Assembly: GCF_006345805.1 (NCBI RefSeq)
Contig: NC_043021.1
Span: 22,568,001 to 22,632,000 of the forward strand
DNA: 64,000 bases
Source: Octopus sinensis
Taxonomy: Eukaryota
Reading direction: 5' to 3'
Shown here: piece by piece, positions 49,698 through 63,702 of the stretch
Layout: the number at the start of each line of letters is the position of its first letter
How positions within the stretch are numbered: position 1 is the first letter of the stretch
The notes under the pieces: model-generated
Database searches by the model: none
Seen by the model: only the letters and a program-made list of their open reading frames with translations
Told to the model about the DNA's origin: nothing
Made by a program: the position numbers and the translations under genes

Positions 49698-51648
49698 GTA
49701 CTGAATAGACAAATCAGTAGATTTTCTGAAAGTATATCTTCCAGTATTTACTTTTGCCCCCTTTTTTTACGTTCCCGAGTTGGAATTACTCAGATTAGAT
49801 TTGCTTTTATTTTCCTTCTTAGATGCATAAAATAACTACTATCTATGCTTTCATAAACTAATCTCTTTTTTTACTCATATTGCGTCTATTCTGCATGCAT
49901 ATCAATGGTGGTGAGGAAATCGCCTCATCCGGTGATATGACTGATATAGATTCATGGAAACGAAAATGGTGAATGATATTGAGACAAGATTACTTTTGTT
50001 AAGCCCTATTATAAAGGAATTATTGGAAATGGTCTTGCTGGTGCCAGATCAAAATTAGAATCAACAAGGAGACAAAGATGGTAACGTCGTATTGATCAAA
50101 TTAGCGAACTGCATTCATACCCACCATCTTCATACGTCTGTCTGTATTTCTACTGGAGTTTGAAAACAAACTTTGATTGAATAAGTTACTAATGTTCGAT
50201 TATATCAGCCCCAGTGGAACTACGTTTTGTATTGATACATATATATGTTGAATTTTTTTTATCTCATGTCTTACCATTGCCTATGATCAATAATTTTTTT
50301 CTCTAATAGTAAAAAGGTAACACGTAGGTGAGGGATGCAATGTAGGAACCTCTTACAGAATCAAATGATATCCTCCGAAAAATAAATACATTTCATGTGA
50401 ATCAAATCGCCTCATCTGAAGGAATGGTTAAATGTAATCCGATATAATCTCGCCTGAATAATTCGTATTTTGTTCATAGACGAGAGATCATGGCACGTTG
50501 TTTTTTTCGAACATGGCTGACCTGGGCATACAACAGCAAAATGAATATTGTGGCAATGAGTGAGAAATCAAACTGCTCTAAATGCCATGCTTACTTAGTG
50601 ATACAATAATTATGCAACTTGAAAAAATATGCAATATTTTGAGTGACATATCGACAGCATGAAACTATATAACGATAAATGCTGTCTTCAAGATTTTATT
50701 CCCGCAGAAATTCCTGGGATTGAGAGATGTTTAATCCAAATCAGTAAAATGAATTTACTCCCTAATATTGAACTCCGATCTACCGAAAACAGTTTAAACT
50801 GTAGGGCAGACAAGCAACCGTAGACTCTGGTGGAGGAATTGCAGCAAAATGAATCGAGTATTTTCAACTCAGTCTAAAATGAAGAAATCACTGCATGAGG
50901 TGCAACACTTGTATAGCAGAAGTAGCTTCAGTTGTTGTAAGGAACCGAAATCTAATTATTCGAGTACCAAATTTAGGCGTCTCAAAAATAGAGATATTTC
51001 CTTATGATGATCGCTAATAAAGTATGTCCCATAAGAAGCGTTCATAGATATTCTTGACCAGAACACAGGGGATCTTAAATAGAGAAAACGAAAAGATATT
51101 TAAAAAAGCTATTTTGAAAATGTAGATTCTCTGTGGAGATGGACAGAAAAATAACTAACATATCCATCATATCAATTATTTGTGAAGTAATTCTGCGAAA
51201 GTAATATTCTACTGAAATATGAAACATAGACAAAAAAGAAATATGATGTTCATATATATATATTTAACGATTTATTTTTATTTCAACACTGTGTGGTGTC
51301 TTACGTAATTAATTCTGCTTACTTGTTGAAGAAAGACGGACTGGAAAAAGCGATAGAGAAATGTTGAGACAGATTGAGTGATACAGAGAGAAAGAACAAA
51401 GTGAACAATGACAGAAAGAGGATATATGTGCATGTGTGGTGAGAGAGACATAGAAAGTGAGAGAAAGAAAGAGACAGACAGCTTCATCCTGTAAGAAAGA
51501 GAGAATGTCACTGAATGTTTCTCGAAATAAAACTAAAAATCTAGATTCTTCATGTTTAGTATCCAAATACGCAAACACGAAATTCCCCACCTTAACACCT
51601 TTACGATTGTTAATATAAGAACGCAATATGTATGCATAAATGCACGTC

Positions 51649-51696
<48 letters not shown>

Positions 51697-52623
51697 CATA
51701 CAATGTGTGCGTGGATAAATATATACAGATGTTTGCGTGTAGGCGTAGCGAAACCAACACTGTATGAAACGGAATATATAACAAAAATTTCGTGACAATT
51801 CCATAATGTAAGTATCTGCATATTTGAAAAATGTGTCAATAGATATCAGTATATATATATATATATATATTGTTATATTTCGGAATGGTCATATTGCACA
51901 ACAAATATTTAAACGTATATATATATATATATATAATATATATATATATATGTGTATGTATATGTATATATATATGCATATATGTATGTATGTGTGTGTG
52001 TGTATGTGTGTGTGTGTGTGTTTGTGTTATATATATAAATAATGGATGCAGACATAAATATGCAAATCGTATTTACTCTGCTATGTCTAACGTAATTCTC
52101 ATGAACCCATTATGGTGAAGAGAAACTCCGCAAGATCAACACGTCAAAATACTAAAACTATGCAACGCAAATACCGATGTCACGGAATTCGTGGTTATCT
52201 ATAATAAACACTTGATTATTTAAGATATTACATATTAGAATTAGGCTTATGTGTAATAATGAGATCAACTCTTAAATATATTAAATCATATCTGTATTCA
52301 TTAGTGAATATTATGTTTGTTATCGCTGCGATGTCAACGTTTACTTGTGGAGTACGAGCTTTAATACGAATATCTATTGTTTGTGAATTTCGATCCCTTG
52401 AACAAAATAGACACTTTATGTCGGATTCTTGCCCATGCCTTCTTCTCATCACTCGTTCTCCTTCCTTCTCTCTCTCTCTCTCATACACATATATAGTGTC
52501 GTGTGTGTGTGTGTGTGTGCATTTGTGCATGCATGTGTATTTATACGCGAATATATATGAATACTCTCAAATCTCTCCTCTGAACTCGATTTGCTATATA
52601 TATATATATATATATATATATTA

Positions 52624-52657
<34 letters not shown>

Positions 52658-54636
52658 ATATATGTGTGTGTGCATGTGTATATATAAATATGCATGTATG
52701 TATATATATATGCATGTATATGTATATATGTATGTTTATATACTCACACATATATATACACTGAGAGAGAGAGAGAAGTACCAAAATCCCTATTTATCTT
52801 TATTTCATCCTTGCGATTTGATTACCTGCCGAACCCGTTTTTGTAACATTTCTACAGAATGCAATCTATATAACTCTAGTTGACAGTTAAACCAATATTA
52901 TATTTCTTACATATAACTACTAAAATCTAAATATACATTAAAAAATAAAGAAAAATAAAGTTTGTATTTTATGTAACTTGGTGATGCCAAGGAACAGAAG
53001 CTTGTGACATAGATATATTATGCTATGAAATATACGTTTTGGTGTGTGTGATATATATGTGTATGTATATATGTGTGTATGTTTCTGTATATTACAAAAA
53101 ACAGAGCATCTCTCTCTTATGCTACTTTTTTTTTATTTCTGCATCTCTTTGTCTCACCTCCTCAGAAGTCTGTGCATATAACTCGTTTTGACAGGCAAAA
53201 TTATATTAAAATTTCTACCAACAATTTAGATTACGTATTTCTTAAATTTATATTGATTTTTAACAAAAAAATGTTGGAATAAAGTAAATTTGCTTTTAAG
53301 TCTTATTAACAAAACAATCTCGTTTATTTCGCTTCTAGACGAATAAAAGAAGTTTTGCTAAAAATAAATTTCTATATGTGACATACCTTCATAGGAGATT
53401 TTCACGTATTGCAAAATTTACAATCATGTAATATTGAGTATCTCCAAAAGTGCCATGTCATTTAATTATAAAAGCCTCGCCAACACTAACAGTTCTTTAG
53501 AAAAATATATAACTTCATAGTATAACAAATTTTTTTGACATAGATGTGACGTCAAAACTTTAAAAAAATATATACATACAACAAGCAATATATTGTTTTA
53601 TATTTTGCTTAGCTTTTAATACATTTAATAATTTAATTCAAAAACTATTTGGCTTTATAAATTTGTTTTAAAACTTGGAATATATTTTAGCTTAAATTCG
53701 TTTGGAATCTAAATGAATGTCTCGTCTTCTTGTGTTCCGTTTTCTATCTGAACATGTTTTATAGCAATTATTTCACTCTCTCTCTCTCTCTCCCTAAATC
53801 TCCCGTATATACACATGAATGTACACACACACACAGATGTGTGCGTTCAAACAGAAGTACATTACCGGAGACGCGCGTACACAAACACACACATGTTATA
53901 TGTTCATCTATCTTGCAATCTATTTAACATCATCACTACGGCCTTTTGCTTTACCCTACTCTCTTCTTACTTACAACGCAAGTTTTAAGAGCCCTCCATA
54001 GTCGAGTTTTCTTTTCCTGAACTTCCTATCTATATACTCCTTCAATTATTTGATCCTGTCTACATATCGAGTAACTGCAGACGTCATAATCTAATTAGAT
54101 ACCTGTTTACTGCCTGTGTATAATTTTGTTCAGTTACACCCTGTGCCGTGCCCGAGTGAGGACAAATGAGACGTGAAATCGGAAGAAACATAGCACACAG
54201 ACTTCACACACACAATAATTGTGCCCAAATGATGAACTACTCCAGCACACAAGTACAAGAACACCATACCCAAAGCAAAAACAATAATGCAAAGAAACAG
54301 AGTACACGGTAATTTGCCCGAAAGTCAAATCGAATGGTGACAAACATCCAAAAGGTGCAAGCCAAGAGGAACGTCCCCGGATTTATTCATTCATTGTTTT
54401 CTTCAAGTGAATTCACGAGAATCTCCGCGTACTGAACGAGGCTGTGTTTTTCCAAAACGGGAGGCGAACACGTTTTCATGTATTTGGCATAAAAAAAATT
54501 TGAAGACACTAGTGCATTCCCCTACATTTTTTACCATAAAAGCGATGGTAAACTTAATTTACAAATAAAGAAATTATAACCACCAATGCGGTATTGAGCA
54601 CACTTTTTCATCGTTCGATATTTGCGTGTACACACT

Positions 54637-54711
<75 letters not shown>

Positions 54712-55816
54712 ATACGCACACACATCATAAAAACCTATGTGAACTTCAGATTCCGTTGGTCTGGTTTTATCAGTATATATAGCATCTTGTCTATACAGAA
54801 ATAATTTAATATCGTTTCTAATTTATCGCTTAAGACAATCTGATTACATTAGGTTAATTGATCTTACGTATCACTTGGATTTGAAACTGATACATACATT
54901 CATATTCGCATAGATATATCTATGGAAGGCTACTGGAATTATGTATGCATAGTAGAGCATAAGTATGTTTGTAGATGTATATATGTGTTTCACCAACAAA
55001 GATATAACGATATATTAAATTATACTTTAGTGTATCTCTGGTTGAAAAACTAATCGAATCATAGATGTGTCATCATCATCATCGTCATCTTTATCGCGAT
55101 TTCCATCTTTATCATCGTAACCAATGTAAACAGCATCAATCGTCAAACTAATCTTTGGTGCATAGAAACTGTGTTGGAATTTGAAGCTTTCGAATAAAAA
55201 AGAATTGTAAAATGAGAAATGAGGATATAGTTTACTTTAATCAAAAGCGAAAGGTGTAGGCCAACTGTTCTAATTTGCAACTAAGTGACTTTGCGTTATG
55301 TCAGACGTTCGACAACATTCGATTTCTGCCATATCGATTTCAGAATTCTGTCTGCAAAATCGGGAATCCTGTCAAAGAATCTACATAGTTTTCTCAGCAT
55401 AGAGATTGTATCAATCGCCCACGATACGCATACGTTCTGATACATCAGCGACTTTAGCGATGTACTTCAACATGTTAATTTGAATGTACAATGTATTTCG
55501 ATGCGATATTTGGTAATAAAATATGCGTGAGAGTGTGTGTGTGTATTAATGTGAGTCCTGTGGAATATATTATCCAGGTGGGTATCGTGGTAGATCTCAG
55601 TTATGTTTCAGATAACAGCTAACCATATCGATTAGTAGTTAACGTCTATGTTGTATGACATATTGTACAATACAAGGAAAAAAATTTCAAGGATGTACTA
55701 GTCTCCATCATATTCTCTATCGTAATAATTACGTGCCTGTGTACTAGTATGTGTATATATGTGACGTGTGTGGTGGGTCTGTGTATGTACATATGTATTT
55801 TATATATATATATATT

Positions 55817-55922
55817 ACCGTGACCGACCAGGCTATCAGATGTTGCTACACATCGCTGGTCACAATGAGCTTCGCATTCTTTTAGCCTTCAAATGACGCC
55901 ACCCCCTGGCTAAGCGAGCAGG
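55817..55922 (-). mobile_element. SINE family C, 3' fragment
   Basis: GTGACCGACCAGGCTATCAGATGTTGCTACACATCGCTGGTCACAATG is the reverse complement of the family C tail. Confidence 0.88.
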
Positions 55923-55958
55923 CTATATATATGTATATATATATATATATGTGTGTGT

Positions 55959-55991
<33 letters not shown>

Positions 55992-56711
55992 TTCCACGCG
56001 TTTAATAAAAAAATATTTTCTCACCAATTCTTCAAAGTTTTCTAATTCCAAGTCAAATGCTTACCCGAGTTAGAGTTTTTCAAATAAGACAAGTAGACCC
56101 CGATGTTATCTCAGTATCTCAATGCTAATTGCGAGAAAGGGTCATGTTTCATTGAAACCATTACACCATGATTGATCGTGTTCCTGTGAAGTATAAAGTT
56201 ACGGCTTATGTCATAAACCAGGGACGGTGCTCATGCATATTTATGTGTGCCTGTGTGTTTGTGTACTCTGATATATAAGTGCACATACACGCATACACAT
56301 GCACGCACACCCACACGCATATACATCAAGACACACACACACACATAAACACATACACACAAATACATATGTGACAAATATACAAACATGGAACTTAAAT
56401 GAGGTTGACCTTTTGCGTGCTTCTTCGAAGCTAGTGGATGAAAGCTTTGTTTAATTCATGTGGAATTCAATACATTTCCATAAACCAAGATTTCAACTGA
56501 TATTCATCCCATCGACGGGCACAGGAACACGTGCAGCAATTTGTTACTTATAAAATTCCAAATAAATAGATGATACTCCTATTAGAATTATTAAGAGCAG
56601 TTGTTGTAGCATATCGCCGGTGTTATATTTCTTGTTCTGTTTATATATCTATCGCTACGATACATACATATATACATACATTCATACATACCTATATACA
56701 TACATTCATAC

Positions 56712-56749
<38 letters not shown>

Positions 56750-56751
<2 letters not shown>

Positions 56752-56955
56752 TGTGTGTGACCTCATGTGTACCGTTGGCGATTTTTTTCCTCTGTCTTCC
56801 CTTCTCTGGATCTTTCCTTCTCCTATGTTTCCGACGAAGAGCTCCGCTCGAAACGTTAAACCCTCCTTCTTTCCTGAGCATCCAATAATACTATATTTGT
56901 TCCACGTCCTCGCGTTGTTGTGTTTTTTGTGCTTTCTTGTTTGGATTAACTTTAT
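56750..56955 (+). mobile_element. Short PLE-derived element (pseudo-LTR-like) inserted between (TA)n tracts
   Basis: About 200 bp, pyrimidine-rich, contains a minimal hammerhead, and is bounded by TA repeats on both sides. Confidence 0.55.
56827..56861 (+). ncRNA. 35-nt minimal type I hammerhead motif, U4C variant
   Basis: GUUU-CCGACGA-A-GAGC(UCC)GCUC-GAAA-CG-UU|AAAC. Stem I GUUU/AAAC; palindromic ACGU in place of stem III. Confidence 0.65.
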
Positions 56956-57059
56956 TTATATATATATATATATATAAGGATAAGATCGATATTTAAAATA
57001 CCGATCTTACCAGGTGGACAGAATTGGAATAAAAACATTTCAAAGGTAATAATTATTTA

Positions 57060-57237
57060 AAATTATAATTTAGGGCATGTGAGAGATACATCCACGCTTG
57101 AAATAGCAGTCAAAACCTGACTCTAAAGCTATTTGAAATGTTCATACAGCGCCTGGAGCAGTATGAGCATTTAAGAGTCAGTTATTGAGTGCTATTTCCA
57201 GCGTGGAGGTATCTCTTAGATACCCTAACTTATAATT
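57060..57237. repeat. Older, degenerate fold-back hairpin (MITE-like)
   Basis: AATTATAATTTAGGG..GAGAGATACATCCACGCT.GAAATAGCA pairs with TGCTATTTC.AGCGTGGAGGTATCTCT..CCCTAACTTATAATT. Inner stem AAATGTTCATAC/GTATGAGCATTT. Confidence 0.8.
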
Positions 57238-59469
57238 TTATATATCAGAACACATTTCGCACGGTTTATTTTTACGTTCTATGCGGGGGTAGGGGGGGGT
57301 GGTTATCTTTCGTGCAACTCAACGTTTACTAAGTCGACTCCATGATAATGACTAATCTTTTATACTGAAGACAGTGCTTTCGTAGGAGAGGAGAAAAAAA
57401 AGACAACTAAATTAAATCTTAATATCTTCTAACCAGCCAGCTACATTTAGATCCTAATCGTGGACATATATTTCTTGAAGATCTCCATAGAACTGTCAAG
57501 AGAGTGGCATATTTTATATGGATACGATGTACTCTTTATCGCGATGATCCTGACCGCAATGCATCGAATTCCATTGCTTTTAAACTCACACACCTAATTT
57601 GACAGTAGATTCAAACAGCGTAATAATATTCCTGAAAATAACACCCTATGTATCTGTATCTTTTCTTCTTCGCTTAGAAGCACTATTTCCAAATCCGGTA
57701 TCATACAGAAATTAATTTAAATCTTGGTATATGTCCTTGGAATTCTGCGAAAATTTTTGAATGGTTAAATACCACAGTTTATCATCATAGCGTCCAGTTA
57801 ATAATTTTATTTTTTAATTTTTTATTGCATGAGGAATACTCTCTACAATGGTTTCCATCTGTTCCTAAATTTCCTCATGAAACGACAGTTAGCACATCCC
57901 ATAAATTACCTTTAATGGGGGCACCATAAAATATTTCCTTTCCCACAAATCTAATGGACACATACTGTACATTAGTAAATACTTTTCCGGCTCAAGGAAT
58001 AATATCTAACGTATTGTAAGAAAGTTATTACGCGTCTTACATCCTTATCATGACTGAAGCCAATTTTGAAGGGCGCCTCATATTTATCATAATGTCCCCT
58101 AATTTCTAAAGTACAGTCAGATACCGATTCTGCACCTAATTTTCTACTGGAGCAATAATGAATAGATTCCTGATAAGTTTCCTCACGCAGAACACTTGTT
58201 CGTTATCCAGAATACACATTCAACGAGTCTATTCAGTTATAATTGGAGAACGGGAGAAAAATAATGCCAGTGCATTTAAATGATTCCGGCTCTTTCTTGC
58301 TAAACAACTAAGTAGATTCTTTTATCGGATGAACTGTAATGTCGTCTCCCTGTCTAACGTACCCACGATGAACCTGCCTGCTCATTAAGTGTGCTTTTTC
58401 ATGTGGAATACAGAGATCAGAATTAGCTACGAAATAAAGGGATATGTAGATAGCATTCTTTTTCAGAATAATGAAACATTATAAGTGTTCAAAGAAAAAA
58501 GGAAGAAAGATTCTCGCGCCATCTACTAACTATATGTCGCATTAGTAGGTTTCTATGCATCAATTCTAAGATTTTCGTTTTATTTTTTTTGTCCTGCATA
58601 TATACTTTTTATAGTATCCCATATAGGAAAATTCCTTTCTGCTTTGAAGCAACAGGCGTCATCTATAGATCATAAACGTTCTTCTCTTCTAATCAACCAT
58701 ATAAAACTGATTTATATCCCACAGAATTATGTGCTGGGCTATTATTTGATCAATACACTTGCAACATTGATTTTGTTTTCAAATATGGGGTTAATCAATC
58801 TGTACATATATAAAGAGAAAAGGACGCACACATATGTACAAGAAATCTACCATTATGCCTATGGTCCTAATATGTATGCAAATATTCATTTCTCTCTTTC
58901 TTTCATGCTTAATCCAATTCAAGAATTCCAAGGTGCAAATATATTTCTTCTTCAACTCCATCGCTTTCTAAACGACTAATTCTATAATTATTTAGCAGAC
59001 TACATTTTAACAATTTCCAATACAGAAACTCCTTCAATGCCGAATACCATATGTTCATAACAGATTCAAGTACTTTGAATAAGCCCGTTGATTTCTCATT
59101 CATATTTTGAAAAGGTGCTTAACAAGGCTTAAATCTAATTCTAGTACATTGTGTGTGATTGATTATGGATGTAAGCCAATAAAGTGAATATGCATGCTGA
59201 AAGATTCCTTCCAACGCTACTCGCTTTTCAAGATCAGAACAAATATACCTGCTATTAGAATACAAATAGACCTCCCGCATTTCTGCTTACTTTATGATAG
59301 TATGGAACAAATCGTGTGATCTGAACAAGAGAAAATGGCTCCGTAGATTATCTGGAAGTTAAATATACTAGAAAGTATCATTTCAAACGATACAAAAGAT
59401 ATTTTAAATATCGGAAGAGGTATTGCCTAAAACTATATATATGTAATGTTTGAACTATAAAAATAAGTA

Positions 59470-60205
59470 GAATCATTGGCACGCCGGATAGATTGCAAAT
59501 CGGTATTTCGTTCGTCTTTAAATTGTCTTCAAAATGCTTTCATGTTTTTCGTTTTTACGTTCAATTTTCACCGAGGTCAAGTTTTACTGTTTATCCTTTC
59601 TGGGTCGATGAAATAAGTAACTTTTATGCACCCAGGTCGATGTAATATAAGAACCCACTCTGCCTATCGTAGAAACGATTATTCTTATTATGGAGTTGAG
59701 CTGGCAGAATCGCTAGCATAGATGTCAAAATATCTGGTGGATTTCCTTCCAGCTTTTGGTTCTGAGTTTATATATCTCTGCGGTCGATAAACTAAGTACC
59801 AGCTGAGCACTGGGTTTGCGTTAATACGCTAGATACATCCCCCAGAATTTCACCCCTTGAGCCTATAGCAGATAAAATTATAACTGGTACACTCATTACT
59901 TCGCTGGTCAAAATGCTTAGCGGTATCGTTTCTGGATCTACGTCCTGAGTTCAAATGCTACCAAAGTCTATTTTCGCTTCGCATCATTTTAAGATCAATA
60001 AAATATAATATCACTTCTGCAGTGGGGTTTATTTAATCGACTGGAGTCCTCCACCAAATTTTCACGTTTTGTTCCTTTAGTGAAATCAATTTTAATTCAT
60101 GCCGCCAGAGTTTGCTTTGCCTTATCAAACCCACCGTTTCGGAGTCGATAGAATAAGTGCTAGTTGAGAACTGTGTCGACCTCCTGACTGGAGTAGAATG
60201 AGTGT

Positions 60206-60245
<40 letters not shown>
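59470..60245 (+). mobile_element. Cluster of degraded family B-like SINEs ending in (TAG)n
   Basis: Three to four recurrences of GAGTT.AAAT..C.CCGAGGTC..CTTT..CTTTCATCC.TTC.GGGTCGAT-like blocks. Confidence 0.65.
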
Positions 60246-60246
<1 letters not shown>

Positions 60247-61513
60247 ACGCTTGTTGTTCTAGCATCGGCAGTTGTTCTTGTTTAATGCATTTTATCTCGC
60301 AGCACTGAGTTCTACGCTATGTTCACTGAATGAGGTTCACGTCGTGTGAGCCGCCGCGCGCAGAAAACGCGTTTGCGTGTAAATGCATATAAAGATATGC
60401 GTTCTTTGCTCTGTGTGGAAACATCTGGATGCGTACGCAGCAATGTATACAGATCAAATCAGATTATAAACTCACAGCTATACACTCAAACACTAAACAG
60501 ATGACTGTAAGCAGAATGTTGATGTGCCCATAAATCCATTTTGTGTTGGTAGTTGTGTGTATAGATGCAGAGTGCATTGAAGTGAATAGAGGCATGGAGC
60601 GTAGAAAGTTGTTTGTGGATTATGTTGTTGTTTTTTTCTTTTTGCTTTTGGATTTTTACTGTACCAATGCTTCAGTAGTTACAAAGGAAGTTTGCCATTA
60701 ATCCCAGTACGTGGATGCTATCTCATATCTATATTCTTATATGTTACGCGTGTGAGTGAGTGTGGATGTCCCTACTGTGTTAAGAGCAATATTGATCAGA
60801 AGGGCTTCATACCACGGTCTATTCTATTACCTTCATAACAATACATTAAATGATAACACACCACACAACTCGGCTATTTAGTATTATTGCTTTTCAGAAT
60901 AACTGAAATGGCCGATTGATTTGGTAGAGTTAACTGCAAAATCAGTACAAACATTGTAAACAAGAATAAAAAAAAAGGAAGGAACGTTGATGCTAGATAC
61001 ACTATGCTCATGAAAAAAATATGTGCAAATGAAAAGGAATACTAACTAGGGAAAAATGTAGTCTGCTTAGGTGAAATACCATTGGTTTCGTGCGGAATTC
61101 GGTTTTATTTTATGATCATAATTCACTGCTTCAAACGACATCTCGGAGCGATTAGTTTGTCAATGATATGTGTGCGAATATAAACACACACACACATATA
61201 CAAGCACACACACATATATGTGGGCATGTATACGAATGGACAGATATGAGAATGAGAGGGAGATGCAGTGAGATAGAGGGAGAAACCATCACTGAGAGAA
61301 TTTCGTTTGTCATTGAATGTATAAAAGGAGAGTGAGAGTAAGGAATGAAGAGATTGCGATGAATGGTCTTGGAAGTGTTAAATGTAGAGGGACATAGGAC
61401 AGAACTGAATAATTCATTGGTATAGAAATACACACACACACATATATAAATGCAAATGCAGGTATATACACAAACTCGAACGCATATATATATATATATA
61501 TATGGAGAGAGAG

Positions 61514-61562
<49 letters not shown>

Positions 61563-61568
<6 letters not shown>

Positions 61569-61870
61569 GCAGGAGTGGCTTTGGGGTAAGAAGCTTGCTT
61601 TCCAACCACATGTTTCCGGATTCAGGTTCTGATTGGATTTGGTGGGACGGAAAGTGAAAGAATCTCGTCGTTTATATATTTATATATATATATTTGTGCG
61701 TTTGTGTGTGCCTTTGTATCTGTGTTTGTCACCCCCACCTTTGCTTGGCAATCGATATTGGTCTGTTTATATCCGCGCAACTTCGCTGTTCAACTAAAAG
61801 AAACCGATAGAATAGTACTAGGCTTACATAGAATTAGTCGTGGGGTCGATTTCCCGACTAAAGTAAAACA
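61563..61870 (+). mobile_element. SINE family A, diverged with deletions
   Basis: GCGCAGGAGTGGCTTTGGGGTAAGAAGCTTGCTTTCCAACCACATG head; body is collinear. Confidence 0.8.
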
Positions 61871-61906
61871 GTAATATATATATATGTATATATATATATG
61901 TGTGTA

Positions 61907-61937
<31 letters not shown>

Positions 61938-61998
61938 ATAAAAACCAAAGGTGTGTAGATATTAGAATATTTATATTAGAACATCTAATATAAATGAG

Positions 61999-62029
<31 letters not shown>

Positions 62030-62479
62030 CCGCGGTCGCGCATGTGTACATATATGGTGACTGTTGGGTGCAGTCAGTAGTCACGACTTTAAATGTCAGA
62101 TTTTCAGTATGTAGAACCCTTCTTATGCTAGGCAGGTCTTTACATTTTGAAAGTAACAGCAGGATCGGTGACATTTATCCGAAATAACGAAGTCGTCTCG
62201 TCGAGTGACTTTATTTCTTCGATCTTGCAGGAAAATATTGTGTGTAGAATTTTATTTATTGTAGAACTTCAGTAAACTTCATATTTGATGTGTCTACAAA
62301 TATCGCTATCGAGTATAATGTTTGAAAATATTATTTTTGTATATTAGTAGGTCTGCGAAGCGTGTTTAAAAGGCCACGAACATACTGGAGCAACAGATCA
62401 TAAAGTATTTAGTTGAACAAGTCAATTCCAGTAATATTGGCTTTCTTGCCGGAACGCTAATTTACTAGCAATTAAAGAA

Positions 62480-62535
62480 ACCAACACCGATTGTTACATG
62501 ATGCTCACACACACACACACACACATACACACACA

Positions 62536-62577
<42 letters not shown>

Positions 62578-62715
62578 CCGTCTGCCAAATCCTCTCACAA
62601 ATCTTTGGCTGCACCGCAGTTTTAGTAGAAGATAGTTGCAGAAAATGCCGTGCACTTAGACCGAAGTGGGAACTACGTCGATGGTAAGCTCGCTTCTTAC
62701 CACACCGACATAACT
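62480..62715 (-). mobile_element. Degraded family A-like SINE
   Basis: CCGTCTGCCAAATCCTCTCACAA..GTAGAAGA and GCTTCTTACCACAC motifs on the reverse strand. Confidence 0.6.
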
Positions 62716-63702
62716 TCACCTAGACTTATTTCCATAATTATCAGTGTTTTCCACAAGAAATCTGTCTATGAAACTGTCTAAGATTATAAAAGTATATCAA
62801 TGGTAAGTTTCAATTTTGCTGTCGTGAGGAATGATGTCACAGCCTACAAAATAGTGACAATTGAAGTTTTATATCATGGGTCACTGTCATTCCGGAATCA
62901 ATGGGATGGGAGATATATATATCAACTTATAGTGTCCAATTTTCCAAAAATAAATTTTGGGGAGACCATTTATTTGAAAATTATTTTACTCATTTACTTC
63001 TCATAAAATTTCATTTTTGACCAAAAGATTCAATTGAAGCATTTTAATGTCAAAATGAATTGTATTTGTTTCCAGGAATTGGTTATCGTACAATATTAAA
63101 ACGAAGCTTCTGTAAATATATACACGCAAAGAACCGAAACTCCTGAAACCCTCATGTTCACTGCGTATGCTACGCTCCCTCAATAACCCACACCTCCCTA
63201 AACCTCCTATAACAAATATTTCTATAGAATAAGGTTTTACAGACTATTTGCTTAATACACACCCTTATAATAAAATTCAATTTTCATTAATCAAATATTA
63301 ATTTACAAAACTCAATTAATTTACCAATGCTTAATGCATGTTATTTGAGAAAAGAATTATTCAACTATAAATGCAAACATACCTCTAATGCTTGAATTAA
63401 TTTTTAATGGGAAAGATGTGTTTCGAGAGAATGCAGGAAACCACAAATATTAAGGGTGCAATTTTGTTAGTTGGCGACAAAATTTCTGCACTGTCCATCG
63501 TACAAAATACCTCTCTTAGCGAATACTACAGATGACTGATATTAGTGCCTATCATATATGGAATTCTAGTCTAGTAAAATGGGCTGAACGGTTGCTCCCA
63601 ATTTGGTTATATCTTTTATGCTTTTTCTTTAATCAAGTATTGTGGTATTTATTTAATAAAATAGCAGATATTTCACGTCAATTCTAAACGGAAATCTGCT
63701 CT

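Noticed and set aside
55036-55180. Minus-strand Asp-rich peptide (..GYDDKDGNRDKDDDDDD..)
   Set aside because: Explained by a (CAT)n-derived low-complexity tract.
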